This document shows positions 51,556-61,631 of a stretch of DNA of 64,000 nt, piece after piece; position 1 is the stretch's first letter, and every line of letters starts with the position of its first letter. The position numbers and the translations under genes are program-made. The notes beneath the pieces were generated by a model, which worked only from the letters and a program-made list of their open reading frames with translations, searched no databases and had not been told where the DNA came from. Where the stretch lies: NCBI GenBank assembly GCA_003279355.1, contig QBZS01000001.1, forward strand, positions 57,844-121,843. Reading direction: 5' to 3'. The stretch comes from SAR116 cluster bacterium AG-335-N04. GTDB lineage: Bacteria > Pseudomonadota > Alphaproteobacteria > Puniceispirillales > Marisalimonadaceae.

Positions 51556-52170
51556 ATGAATAAAAGAATACTAGAAGTTTTTACAGACTACGTTTGTCCA
51601 TGGTGTTACTTAGGTGACTCAAGAGTTAAAAAAATCAAAAAAAAATTCAAAATTGACATACAATTAATTCATTTTCCTCTTCATCCTGAAACACCAACTC
51701 AAGGAAGAACTTTACTTGAGCTTTTTGGATCAAATCAAGATGATATTGATCAAAAAAATGAAAGAATGAAGGCACTGATGTTAAATGAAGGACTTCCATA
51801 TAACGCTAGAACTCATACTTACAATAGTAGATTAGCTCAAGAAATTGGTGCATGGGCCCAGTCTATAGACAATAATACATCTATTCATGATAAATTTTTT
51901 GAAGCTTATTTTGTAAAAGGTTTAAATGTTGGCTTAGAAAGTGTAATTTTAGATGTTGTTTCTAAATCTGGTTTAGATCCTGAAGAGGCAAGAAATGTTA
52001 TTAAAAATCGACTTTTTATGAAAAATATTGACGAAAATTGGAATAAGTCTAGAACTTATGGTGTTACTGGAGTGCCTACTTATGTATACCAAAAACAAAG
52101 TATAGTAGGAGCACAACCTCTCGAAAATTTGGTAGAATTTTTAAATCACTTTGATGTTCCTAACAGATGA
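51556..52170 (+). CDS. DsbA/FrnE family thiol-disulfide oxidoreductase
   Basis: DYVCPWC, LHP, GVTGVP, GAQP. Confidence 0.88.
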   Translation: MNKRILEVFTDYVCPWCYLGDSRVKKIKKKFKIDIQLIHFPLHPETPTQGRTLLELFGSNQDDIDQKNERMKALMLNEGLPYNARTHTYNSRLAQEIGAWAQSIDNNTSIHDKFFEAYFVKGLNVGLESVILDVVSKSGLDPEEARNVIKNRLFMKNIDENWNKSRTYGVTGVPTYVYQKQSIVGAQPLENLVEFLNHFDVPNR

Positions 52171-52201
52171 TTCAATAATATTTCTATGATTATATATCAA
52201 A

Positions 52202-52666
52202 ATGAAATCTAAAAATATTTTATTTATTCATCATTCTCCCTCTGCTAATACAATAAAATTATCCAATAAAATTGAAAATACTCTTTACAATTTTAGTCAA
52301 AATATTAATTTTAAAATGTTAAATTCATTAGAAACAAATACTGCCTCTTTTAATTTAGTAGATGGTGTTATTATTGGAACTACAGAAAATTTTGGTTATA
52401 TGTCTGGTTTAACTAAAGATTTTTTTGATAGGTGTTATGATGAGTTAAAAGAAAAAACACAAGGTCTTCCAATTGTATATTATATTCGTGCTGGATTAGA
52501 TGGAGAAGGTAGCAAACTTGCAATAGATAAAATTTTAACAGGCTTACGTTGGAAACAAGTTTTACCTCCACTCATTTTTCAAGGTAATTGGAGTGACAAT
52601 TATATTAATCAAATAGAGGAATATGTTCTAACATTTGCCTATGGGATCGAACTTGGAATTTATTAA
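52202..52666 (+). CDS. Flavodoxin-like protein
   Basis: HSPSANT, GTTENFGYMSG..KDFFDR, RAG.DG.G. Confidence 0.82.
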   Translation: MKSKNILFIHHSPSANTIKLSNKIENTLYNFSQNINFKMLNSLETNTASFNLVDGVIIGTTENFGYMSGLTKDFFDRCYDELKEKTQGLPIVYYIRAGLDGEGSKLAIDKILTGLRWKQVLPPLIFQGNWSDNYINQIEEYVLTFAYGIELGIY

Positions 52667-53511
52667 TCCTCATTTGGATATTTAGGAATGTTTTGTAATC
52701 CTTTTATAAGAGCATTTTGAAAATTGACCATTGCACTATTTGTTTTATTTTTTGAATTTGCAAGTCCATCTAGGTAGCTCTTTACATCTTTTTCCAAAAT
52801 GGCAATTGTATTGTTTTTGGTATAACTTTCTTTTGCCCAATCTATATTATCTAAGTTCTCACTAAACCATGTTTGGCCAGATGAACAATTAAGAATATTA
52901 AGTAGTTGCTTTCTAGTAATATTAAGATTTTTAGCTTCAGACAAAACATGCCTTACTGCAACAACAGAACATGATGCAACAAAATTATTTAATACTTTGA
53001 CGGACATTCCTGATCCAAATTCACCAATATGATGAATTTTCTTACCTAAAATCTCCAAAATTGGTAAAATTTTATTAAATTCTTTTTTTGAAGATCCAAC
53101 CATAAATGTTAATGTTGCGTTCTTGGCGCTCATGGGAGCACCAGACATCGGAGCTTCAATAATTGTAATGTTTTCAGGAACTTTATTAATAAAGTTACTT
53201 AAAAAAGCTGGTGATAAAGTTGAACTAATTATAAGTATTTTTTGAGTGTTTACTTTAAAAAGTCCATTCTTACCCTCGCAAAGTTCTAGGGTTTGATTTA
53301 TATCCCTAACAGTACTAAAAATAATATCTGATTTTTCAAAAAAATTTACTTTTGAAGAGATGAAATTTTCTTTCAAAGTTGGAAAATTTTCTTTTGATTT
53401 TACATCATAACCAAAAGCATTCACTCCATTCTTTAAAAGAACTTCCAACATAGGTAATCCCATTGTACCACATCCAGCAATACCAACGTTTAATTTAAGA
53501 ATGTCATCCAT
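52663..53511 (-). CDS. 3-hydroxyisobutyrate dehydrogenase family oxidoreductase
   Basis: GCGTMG, APMSG, KVLNN, KD; GAGG RBS before ATG 53511. Confidence 0.85.
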   Translation of the reverse strand: MDDILKLNVGIAGCGTMGLPMLEVLLKNGVNAFGYDVKSKENFPTLKENFISSKVNFFEKSDIIFSTVRDINQTLELCEGKNGLFKVNTQKILIISSTLSPAFLSNFINKVPENITIIEAPMSGAPMSAKNATLTFMVGSSKKEFNKILPILEILGKKIHHIGEFGSGMSVKVLNNFVASCSVVAVRHVLSEAKNLNITRKQLLNILNCSSGQTWFSENLDNIDWAKESYTKNNTIAILEKDVKSYLDGLANSKNKTNSAMVNFQNALIKGLQNIPKYPNED

Positions 53512-53599
53512 ATGTAACCTCAAACATTTATTTCAGTTATCTTGTTTTAGATTATAATTTTCAATATATTAAACTAAATCTTATATAAAAAATTATAAA

Positions 53600-54457
53600 G
53601 TGGATGATATGAAAATAAATATTGATGAATTAAAATCATGGATAGGTAATGATGAGATAGCATTTGATGAAGTCTCACAAGGTTTGGAAACAAGATTTAG
53701 AGCAACCCTTGATGAAGATCCAGGAAACCCTCAAAAAGGTGACATAGCATCATCAGGTCTTCATTGGGCTCTGGCACCTACAATAGTAAAATCGTCTTTG
53801 TTAGGTAAAGACTCTCATCCTCAAAAAGGTGAATTTCTTCCTCCAATACCGCTTCCTCGAAGAATGTGGGCAGGATGTAGAACTCATTTTTTAAATTCAT
53901 TAAAAATTGGAGACATAGTTAAAAAAAAATCTACGGTAGTTGATATAAACTTAAAAAATGGGAAATCTGGACTATTATGTTTTGTAACTGCAAAGTATGA
54001 ATTCTTTGTTGATAATCAATTAATGATTGAAGAAGATCATGACCTTGTCTATAGAGATTATAATGTAAATGAGAATACTACTTTCATTAAAAATAATTTA
54101 CCCTTTTTAAGATCAGATTATGAAGAAAAAATATATACGCATCCAACAATGTTATTTAGATATTCAGCAATAACATTTAACGGGCATAGAATACACTATG
54201 ATTACCCTTACTCAACTAATGAGGAAGGATACAAAGATTTAGTTTTTCATGGACCATTACAAGCAACATTGATGCTAAGAGCTGCAGAAAAGTATAAAAA
54301 AGCCAAAGTTAAATCTTTTTCTCACAGAGGTATTGCACCGGTATACGCTAATGACGATTTGTTTATAAATATTGAAAATAAATTAAATGGTGCTGTTAAT
54401 TGCTTTACGAGTACAAAAGATGCAGGTATGACAATGAAAGCAGAGGCAATTTTTTGA
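53600..54457 (+). CDS. MaoC/HTD2 double hot-dog hydratase (itaconyl-/mesaconyl-C4-CoA hydratase-like)
   Basis: FLPP.PLPRRMWAG, LFRYSA.TFNGHRIHYD, FHGPL. Confidence 0.85.
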   Translation: MDDMKINIDELKSWIGNDEIAFDEVSQGLETRFRATLDEDPGNPQKGDIASSGLHWALAPTIVKSSLLGKDSHPQKGEFLPPIPLPRRMWAGCRTHFLNSLKIGDIVKKKSTVVDINLKNGKSGLLCFVTAKYEFFVDNQLMIEEDHDLVYRDYNVNENTTFIKNNLPFLRSDYEEKIYTHPTMLFRYSAITFNGHRIHYDYPYSTNEEGYKDLVFHGPLQATLMLRAAEKYKKAKVKSFSHRGIAPVYANDDLFINIENKLNGAVNCFTSTKDAGMTMKAEAIF

Positions 54458-54499
54458 TTGCACATAAACAAACTTTTTTTAGGGAATTTTGGAGATTTT

Positions 54500-55858
54500 A
54501 TGTCAAAATTTGATTACGATCTTATTGTTATTGGAGCTGGTTCGGGAGGTACTAGAACAGCAAGAATTTCTGCATCATATGGTGCCAAAGTATTAGTTGT
54601 AGAGGGTGATAGAGCTGGGGGCACATGCGTACTTAGAGGTTGTGTTCCTAAAAAATTATTGGTGTATGCGTCTCAATTTTCTGAACAAGTGTCAGATGCA
54701 GAAGGATTTTGCTGGCAAGTAAGTAATTTTCAAAGTAACTGGCATGAACTTATTCTAAAAAAGAATAAAGAATTAGATAGACTGCATGAAATTTATGTTA
54801 ATTTAATAAAAAATTCAGGCTGTGACTTAATTTCAGGCTGGGGTAAAATTACAGGACCAAATACTGTTTCAATAATAAAAGAAGATAATAAAAAAATTGA
54901 ATTATCTTCTCAAAAAATCATGATAGCTGCTGGTGGTGAATCATCTTTTCCTAACTTTGAAGGAAATAATTACATGATTAACTCAGATAAAGCTTTGGAT
55001 CTTCTCGAATTACCAGATTCTATTGCGATTTATGGATCTGGCTATATTGCAGTTGAATTTGCAGGTATATTCAATGGATTTGGAGTAGATACTCATCTTA
55101 TTTTTAGAGCTGACATGGCTTTGCGAGGATTTGATATAGATATTAGGCAACATTTAATGACTTCAATGGAGCAAAAAGGAATAACGATACATAATAAAGT
55201 TACTATTTCAAAGATTGAAGAAGAAGGGCAAATGCATAAGATCCATCTTTCAAATAACAAAAGCCTAAGTGTAGAAACTGTAATGGGTGCCACAGGAAGA
55301 TTACCTAAAGTCTCCAATTTAGGTTTGGAAGAGATTGGAGTTCATTTAGGTAAACGTGGAGAAGTATTGGTAAATAATTTCAATCAAACAAATATCAATT
55401 CTATATTTGCAATTGGGGATGTTACTGATAAAATCACACTAACTCCTGTTGCTATTGCAGAAGGTCATTCTTTTGCTGACCGTGAGTTTGGAAAAATTAA
55501 CAGATATGTTTCATATAGTAATGTTCCAAGTGCTGTTTTTAGTCAACCTTCAATCGCAGTAGTTGGTATTACCTATGAAGACGCTGTAAAAAAAGGTATC
55601 AAAGCAAGAGAATACAAAAGCGAGTTCAGAGCATTAAAAAATACCATTTCTGGAAATATTGAAAGAACATTAATGAAATTGATAGTTGATGACAATTCAC
55701 AAAAGGTAGTAGGGGCCCACATGATAGGTCCAGATTCTGCAGAAATAATTCAAGGAATAGCAATCGCAATTAAAGCAGGTGCTCTTAAGTCAGATTTTGA
55801 CAGCACTATTGGAATTCATCCTACAGCTGCAGAAGAATTTGTAACGATGAGATCTTAA
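54500..55858 (+). CDS. gor: Glutathione-disulfide reductase
   Basis: GAGSGG, GGTCVLRGCVPKK, GSGYIAVE, HPTAAEE; GGAG RBS before ATG 54500. Confidence 0.93.
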   Translation: MSKFDYDLIVIGAGSGGTRTARISASYGAKVLVVEGDRAGGTCVLRGCVPKKLLVYASQFSEQVSDAEGFCWQVSNFQSNWHELILKKNKELDRLHEIYVNLIKNSGCDLISGWGKITGPNTVSIIKEDNKKIELSSQKIMIAAGGESSFPNFEGNNYMINSDKALDLLELPDSIAIYGSGYIAVEFAGIFNGFGVDTHLIFRADMALRGFDIDIRQHLMTSMEQKGITIHNKVTISKIEEEGQMHKIHLSNNKSLSVETVMGATGRLPKVSNLGLEEIGVHLGKRGEVLVNNFNQTNINSIFAIGDVTDKITLTPVAIAEGHSFADREFGKINRYVSYSNVPSAVFSQPSIAVVGITYEDAVKKGIKAREYKSEFRALKNTISGNIERTLMKLIVDDNSQKVVGAHMIGPDSAEIIQGIAIAIKAGALKSDFDSTIGIHPTAAEEFVTMRS

Positions 55859-55963
55859 TAGTAAATTTTAACTGAGTAATTGAAGATTTAGCTGAATTCT
55901 GTTAATTGAATGTTTAATTATTAATTAATTTAATTAATATTGAGTTATTTAAAGGGAAAAAAG

Positions 55964-57349
55964 ATGATTGACTGGAAAATAGATTCTTGGAGAAAATTTC
56001 CGATAAAGCAAGTTCCTGAATATAGTGACATGGATAAAGTAGCCTCTGTTGAAAAGGAACTTTCAATTAGACCGCCTTTAGTATTTGCCGAAGAAGCTAG
56101 GAGACTTAGGAAAAGAATGGCAGATGTTGCAGAGGGCAAAGCTTTTTTACTTCAGGGTGGTGACTGCGCTGAATCTTTTGCAGAACATAATGCTAATAAT
56201 ATCAGGGATAGCTTTAGAGTGTTGTTACAAATGGCTGTTGTGCTTACTTTTGGTTCTGCTTTACCTGTTATAAAGATAGGAAGATTGGCAGGTCAATATT
56301 CTAAGCCTAGATCTTCCCCTTTTGAAGTAATTAATGATGTTTCTTTGCCAAGTTATCGTGGAGATATGGTTAATGATATGGCCTTTGAAGATAAAGCACG
56401 CGAACCTAATCCAGAGAGGCTTCTTCAAGTTTATGATAAATCTGCCTCTACATTAAATTTGCTGAGAGCTTTTGCAGGTGGTGGTATGGCAGATTTGACT
56501 AAATTACATGAATGGAACCTTGAGTTTGTTAGTGGAACTAATGAAGCAATAAAATATAAAGAACTTGCATCTCAAATAACTTCATCATTAGAATTTATGA
56601 ATGCTTGTGGCATGACACCAGAGAATACTGCTCAGCTTAGAGAAACTGAATTTTATACTTCGCACGAAGGTCTTTTACTTAATTACGAAGAAGCACTCAC
56701 TAGAAAAGACACTATTACTGAAGAAAAAGGATGGTTTGCAACTTCAGCACATATGCTATGGGTAGGAGATAGAACTAGAAGTATTGATGAAGCGCACATA
56801 GAATATATGAGAGGCATAGCTAACCCAATTGGTTTAAAATGTGGGCCCTCAACAGATCCTGACGATTTATTAAGACTTATTGAAAAGCTAAACCCATTAA
56901 ATCTAGCTGGACGACTTACTCTGATTGCTAGAATGGGTTCTGCCGACGTCTATAAAAAATTAAAACCTTTAATAACAGCTGTTAAAAAATCAGGTTTGAT
57001 CGTTGGCTGGTGTTGTGATCCAATGCATGGAAATACAGTAAAAGCATCTTCAGGATTTAAGACAAGAAAAATGGATGATATTATGGCTGAAGTTAGAGGT
57101 TTCTTTGAAGTTCATAATGAAATGCATACTGTACCTGGAGGAGTCCATTTTGAAATGACAGGACAAAATGTTACTGAATGTGTTGGTGGAGTGTATGAAG
57201 TAAATGAAGCCAACTTAGCTGACAGATATCATACACATTGTGATCCAAGACTTAATGCAACTCAATCCTTGGAGTTAGCTTTTTTAGTAGCTGACTTGCT
57301 TGCAGAAAATAGAACTAACCTTGCAAAAAAAATTGTGGCGGTATCTTGA
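55964..57349 (+). CDS. Class II DAHP synthase
   Basis: LLQGGDCAESF, GQYSKPRS, LWVGDRTR, DPMHGNT, CDPRLN. Confidence 0.95.
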   Translation: MIDWKIDSWRKFPIKQVPEYSDMDKVASVEKELSIRPPLVFAEEARRLRKRMADVAEGKAFLLQGGDCAESFAEHNANNIRDSFRVLLQMAVVLTFGSALPVIKIGRLAGQYSKPRSSPFEVINDVSLPSYRGDMVNDMAFEDKAREPNPERLLQVYDKSASTLNLLRAFAGGGMADLTKLHEWNLEFVSGTNEAIKYKELASQITSSLEFMNACGMTPENTAQLRETEFYTSHEGLLLNYEEALTRKDTITEEKGWFATSAHMLWVGDRTRSIDEAHIEYMRGIANPIGLKCGPSTDPDDLLRLIEKLNPLNLAGRLTLIARMGSADVYKKLKPLITAVKKSGLIVGWCCDPMHGNTVKASSGFKTRKMDDIMAEVRGFFEVHNEMHTVPGGVHFEMTGQNVTECVGGVYEVNEANLADRYHTHCDPRLNATQSLELAFLVADLLAENRTNLAKKIVAVS

Positions 57350-57359
57350 AGGTTTGAAA

Positions 57360-58541
57360 TTGGCTGAAAATAAAAAGAAACCTAATATTAATCTAATAAA
57401 AAAAGTATCTTGGCCAAATGACTTAAGGCCAAATCCTGACCAGTTATCGTCTGTTACAGACACATACTTTTTAAGAACTAGAGATGTTGTAGCTGAGTTT
57501 GGTGATACTGAAGTTACTTATGCAATTTTTATGCGCAGACCTGTGATATCGGCTTTAAATCCAGCACTTGATTGGCTTCAACATATTATAAAAGAAAGAA
57601 AAGGTAACGTTAATATTAATCGTTGTTTTGAAGAAGGAAGTGACGTAGGAGCTGGAGAGCCAATGGTCTATATATCTGGTTCTATGTTATTATTAGTAGA
57701 TTTAGAAACAGCTTTACTTCAAAAAATTGGAGCTACTTGTGTAGCTGCTTATAATGCTAGATCTATGGTAGAAAGTTTACGTCAAACATCTTTTCTAGCA
57801 ATGGATGCTCGTCATTGTGCAGGTACAGACATGGCCGATTTAATGGCTTATGGAGCGTATATTGGTTCTCAAAGAGTTAAATCTGAAATGAATGCGATTG
57901 GATTTATAGGATGTGCTACAGATAAGACTGCTCACCTGTTTAAAAACACAAAGGGTTTAGGTACTATGCCTCATGCTTTAGTTGGTTATGCTGGTTCGAC
58001 CTTACAAGCTGCAGAAATGTTTCATTCCACTTGGCCTGATCAACCATTAACTGTTTTAATTGATTATTTTGGTAAAGAAATAACTGATGGTCTTATGATT
58101 TGCAGATCGTTTAAAAATTTGGCTAACAATGGAACTTTGTCATTAAGATTAGATACTCATGGTGGAAGGTATATTGAAGGATTAGATGTAGCAGGTTCTT
58201 ATGCGGTTTTAGAGAGAAATGCTCCTGATTCTATTAGAGGATACAGAACAGAGCAAGAACTTCGTTATTTAATTGGCACTGGTGTTTCGGCGGCGTCAGT
58301 TTGGCATTTAAGAGAGATACTAAATAATGCAGGCTTTCAAAAAGTTAAAATTGTTGCTTCTAGTGGATTTGGTCCAGAAAAATGTAAAGTTTTTTCTTTG
58401 GCGAACGTTCCTGTAGATGTCATTGGGACTGGATCATATCTTCCAAGCAGATGGTCTGAAACTTACGCGACAGCTGACATTATTTCTTATGGTGGTAAGT
58501 CTCAAGTTAAGCTTGGAAGAGAATTTCTTTTTAGGCGTTAA
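57360..58541 (+). CDS. Nicotinate phosphoribosyltransferase-like protein
   Basis: TDTYF, GTMPHAL, LIDYF, RLDT, ASSGF, GTGS; upstream of nadE; TTG start inferred. Confidence 0.75.
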   Translation: MAENKKKPNINLIKKVSWPNDLRPNPDQLSSVTDTYFLRTRDVVAEFGDTEVTYAIFMRRPVISALNPALDWLQHIIKERKGNVNINRCFEEGSDVGAGEPMVYISGSMLLLVDLETALLQKIGATCVAAYNARSMVESLRQTSFLAMDARHCAGTDMADLMAYGAYIGSQRVKSEMNAIGFIGCATDKTAHLFKNTKGLGTMPHALVGYAGSTLQAAEMFHSTWPDQPLTVLIDYFGKEITDGLMICRSFKNLANNGTLSLRLDTHGGRYIEGLDVAGSYAVLERNAPDSIRGYRTEQELRYLIGTGVSAASVWHLREILNNAGFQKVKIVASSGFGPEKCKVFSLANVPVDVIGTGSYLPSRWSETYATADIISYGGKSQVKLGREFLFRR

Positions 58542-58572
58542 TAATAATAATAATCTGTTTTATGAGTTAATT

Positions 58573-60231
58573 ATGAAAAACAATCTTAAAATAGTACTCG
58601 CTCAGTTAAATCCGATAGTTGGTGACGTTAAGGGTAATATTAACAAATTAATAAAAATTAGGGATAGTTTAAGTGAAGAAATTGATATAATTGTTGTTCC
58701 TGAATTATATGTTACTGGATATCCAATTGATGATTTAGTTCTTAGAAATGATTTTTTAGAACTTGTTGAAAATGAAATAATTTCACTAGCTAAACTAACT
58801 AATGATGGTAAAGCAGCTATTATTCTAGGTGCTCCCAGGAAAGAAAATAAATCAATTAAAAACTCAGTTTTTGTTCTAGATAAAGGAGAAATTTTATCTT
58901 ATAGAGATAAGTATAATCTTCCAAACACCGGTGTATTTGATGAACAAAGAATTTTTTCTCCTGGATCACTATCTGGTCCAGTTAAAGTAAGAGATGTATT
59001 GATTGGTTTACCAATTTGCGAAGATATATGGACTGAAACTGTTATAGAATGTTTGTGTGAAACTGGAGCAGAAATAATACTCTCTATTAATGCATCACCT
59101 TATTCTATTAAAAAAAATGATCAGAGAATGTCAGTAGCTGTTTCTCGTGTTTTAGAGTCGAAATTGCCTTTAATTTATTTAAATAGAGTAGGTGGCCAAG
59201 ATGAATTAATATTTGATGGTGCCTCATTTTGTTTAAGTGATAAAGGTAAGTTAAATATCCAATTAAATGATTTTCAAGAACATGTAATAAAAATTGATTT
59301 ACAAAAAAATAATAATAAATGGACCTTCAAAGAAAATATTAATAGTGTTTCTTCTAATATAGAAGCTTTATATAAATCACTAGTCGTAAGTGTACGGGAT
59401 TATGTCCAAAATAATGGTTTCCCTGGGGTTGTTCTTGGAATGTCTGGTGGAATAGATTCTGCATTGGTAGCGGCAATTGCAACTGATGCTCTAGGACCAA
59501 ATTTAGTAAGAGCAGTTATGATGCCAAGCCCTTATACCAGTCAAGAAAGTTTAGAAGATGCAAAGTTAGCATCTTACAATTTAGGAATAGATTATTCATA
59601 TTTAGATATTAAAAGTGGTATGCAAACGGTTGATAATATCCTTTTAGGATTTAAAGGTCCCAATGTTTCTCCAGGAATAACGGAAGAAAATATTCAATCT
59701 AGATTAAGAGGCTTACTTTTAATGGCAATTTCTAACAAATATGGATCAATGGTATTAGCAACAGGAAATAAATCTGAATATGCAGTTGGTTATGCCACCT
59801 TATATGGAGATATGTGTGGAGGGTTCGCAGTTATAAAAGACGTGTGGAAAAGTGATGTATTTAGATTATGCAAATGGAGAAATTCTAACAAACCTCCGGA
59901 GTTTTTAGGGCCAAATGGTGAAGTTATTCCTGAAAGAATAATAACAAAACCTCCTAGCGCCGAGTTAAGAGAAGACCAAAAAGACACTGACAGTCTTCCT
60001 GAGTATGACATTCTTGATGCAATTTTAAAAAAATTAGTCGAAGATAATTTATCAATAGATGAAATAGTTGCTGAGGGTTATGAAGTAGCAGATGTCAAAA
60101 AAATCTCTATGCTTTTATCAAGATCTGAATATAAAAGATTTCAATCTGCACCTGGACCAAAAGTCACAGAAAAGGCCTTTGGTAGAGATAGACGATATCC
60201 TCTAACTAGTGGGTTTAGAAATTGGAATTGA
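58573..60231 (+). CDS. nadE: Glutamine-dependent NAD+ synthetase
   Basis: Nitrilase triad (PEL, K, ICED) plus SGGIDS, ENIQSR, TGNKSE, PPSAEL. Confidence 0.95.
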   Translation: MKNNLKIVLAQLNPIVGDVKGNINKLIKIRDSLSEEIDIIVVPELYVTGYPIDDLVLRNDFLELVENEIISLAKLTNDGKAAIILGAPRKENKSIKNSVFVLDKGEILSYRDKYNLPNTGVFDEQRIFSPGSLSGPVKVRDVLIGLPICEDIWTETVIECLCETGAEIILSINASPYSIKKNDQRMSVAVSRVLESKLPLIYLNRVGGQDELIFDGASFCLSDKGKLNIQLNDFQEHVIKIDLQKNNNKWTFKENINSVSSNIEALYKSLVVSVRDYVQNNGFPGVVLGMSGGIDSALVAAIATDALGPNLVRAVMMPSPYTSQESLEDAKLASYNLGIDYSYLDIKSGMQTVDNILLGFKGPNVSPGITEENIQSRLRGLLLMAISNKYGSMVLATGNKSEYAVGYATLYGDMCGGFAVIKDVWKSDVFRLCKWRNSNKPPEFLGPNGEVIPERIITKPPSAELREDQKDTDSLPEYDILDAILKKLVEDNLSIDEIVAEGYEVADVKKISMLLSRSEYKRFQSAPGPKVTEKAFGRDRRYPLTSGFRNWN

Positions 60232-60287
60232 TCAAACTGTATATAGAAATAAATATAGTATCTATTTTAAACTAGGAATTAGTTGTA

Positions 60288-61616
60288 ATGAAAGTTCGTT
60301 TTGCTCCAAGTCCAACTGGTTACTTGCATATCGGAAACTTTAGAACTGCACTTGTAAATTTTTTGTTTGCTAGAAAAAATAATGGGCATTTTATGTTAAG
60401 AATAGACGACACGGATCAAGAAAGATCGTTTATAGAATATGAAAATGCAATTAAAGAAGATTTAAGTTGGATGAATATAGGCTGGGACAGTTTGGAAAAA
60501 CAATCTTCTAGATTATCTTGTTATGACAATGCTTTACAAATATTACTTAATAAAAAAAGAGCTTATCCATGTTTTGAAACTGCTGATGAATTATCTTTAA
60601 AAAGAAAAAGTCAATTATCTTCTGGAAAACCGCCTATTTATGACAGATCTTCTCTTAAATTGTCAGACTCAGAGATTGCTGATCTTAAATCTAAAGGAAA
60701 AAAACCTCATTATAGATTTTTATTAAATCACATTGACGTAAATTGGGATGATTTGGTTAAAGGTCAAAGTAAATATAATATGTCCAATTTATCTGACCCT
60801 GTTATTTTAAGAGAAGATGGCAGAGTTATATATACACTTGCCTCAGTTGTTGATGACATCGACTTTGCAGTGACAGATATTTTGAGAGGTGAAGATCATA
60901 TGACAAATTCTGCCGCACAAATTCAATTATTTGAAGCTTTAGGATCCTCTTCTCCTAGATTAGGGCATTTATCATTATTAACAGATATTTCAGGAGAAGG
61001 TCTTTCTAAAAGACTTGGTAGTTTGTCTCTAAAAGACTTAAGACAAGAAGGTTTTCAACCAATGGCAATATCATCATTATTATCAAAGGTTGGAACCTCT
61101 GATACAATAGATATTTTTAAAAATATAAATCAAATAATTAATGATTTTGATATAAATAAATTTGGAAAATCTAAACCTAAATTTGATAAAGTGGAATTGT
61201 TAAACCTGAATTCTAAATTCTTTCAATTAGTCAAATTTGATGATATTAGTGACCAATTAAACACTTTAGATATTGAAATAACAATAGAATTTTGGAATTT
61301 AATTAAAGGAAATATTAATACTTTTAATGATATTAAGTTTTGGTGGAATATTGTTTATGGAAAAATTAAAACCATAAATGATGATCATGAGTTCACACAT
61401 TTAGCATTGAAAACTTTACCAAATGATAGTTTTGATAAAAATACTTGGTCAACTTGGACCAGTTTGTTAATGAAGGAAAGTGGTAGAAAAGGTAAAGATT
61501 TATTCAAACCTCTTAGACTATGTTTAACAGGACAAAATAATGGTCCAGAAATGGCAAATCTAGTTTTAACAATGGGAAGACAAAAAATTGTTGAACGACT
61601 AAATAACAATGATTGA
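60288..61616 (+). CDS. gltX: Glutamate--tRNA ligase
   Basis: RFAPSPTG, HIGN, LRIDDTD, RGEDH, LSKR. Confidence 0.93.
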   Translation: MKVRFAPSPTGYLHIGNFRTALVNFLFARKNNGHFMLRIDDTDQERSFIEYENAIKEDLSWMNIGWDSLEKQSSRLSCYDNALQILLNKKRAYPCFETADELSLKRKSQLSSGKPPIYDRSSLKLSDSEIADLKSKGKKPHYRFLLNHIDVNWDDLVKGQSKYNMSNLSDPVILREDGRVIYTLASVVDDIDFAVTDILRGEDHMTNSAAQIQLFEALGSSSPRLGHLSLLTDISGEGLSKRLGSLSLKDLRQEGFQPMAISSLLSKVGTSDTIDIFKNINQIINDFDINKFGKSKPKFDKVELLNLNSKFFQLVKFDDISDQLNTLDIEITIEFWNLIKGNINTFNDIKFWWNIVYGKIKTINDDHEFTHLALKTLPNDSFDKNTWSTWTSLLMKESGRKGKDLFKPLRLCLTGQNNGPEMANLVLTMGRQKIVERLNNND

Positions 61617-61631
61617 AGAGTGGTTGTTACT

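Noticed and set aside
55900-55940. TTAA/TTAAT low-complexity repeats upstream of DAHP synthase
   Set aside because: Simple AT-rich promoter DNA with no regular repeat-spacer structure, so not a CRISPR array
58417-58572. Long N-terminal extensions from the ORF track (nadE; likewise gor, NAPRT-like, trmJ)
   Set aside because: Most overlap or abut upstream genes, and all precede the conserved domain start; downstream starts fit better
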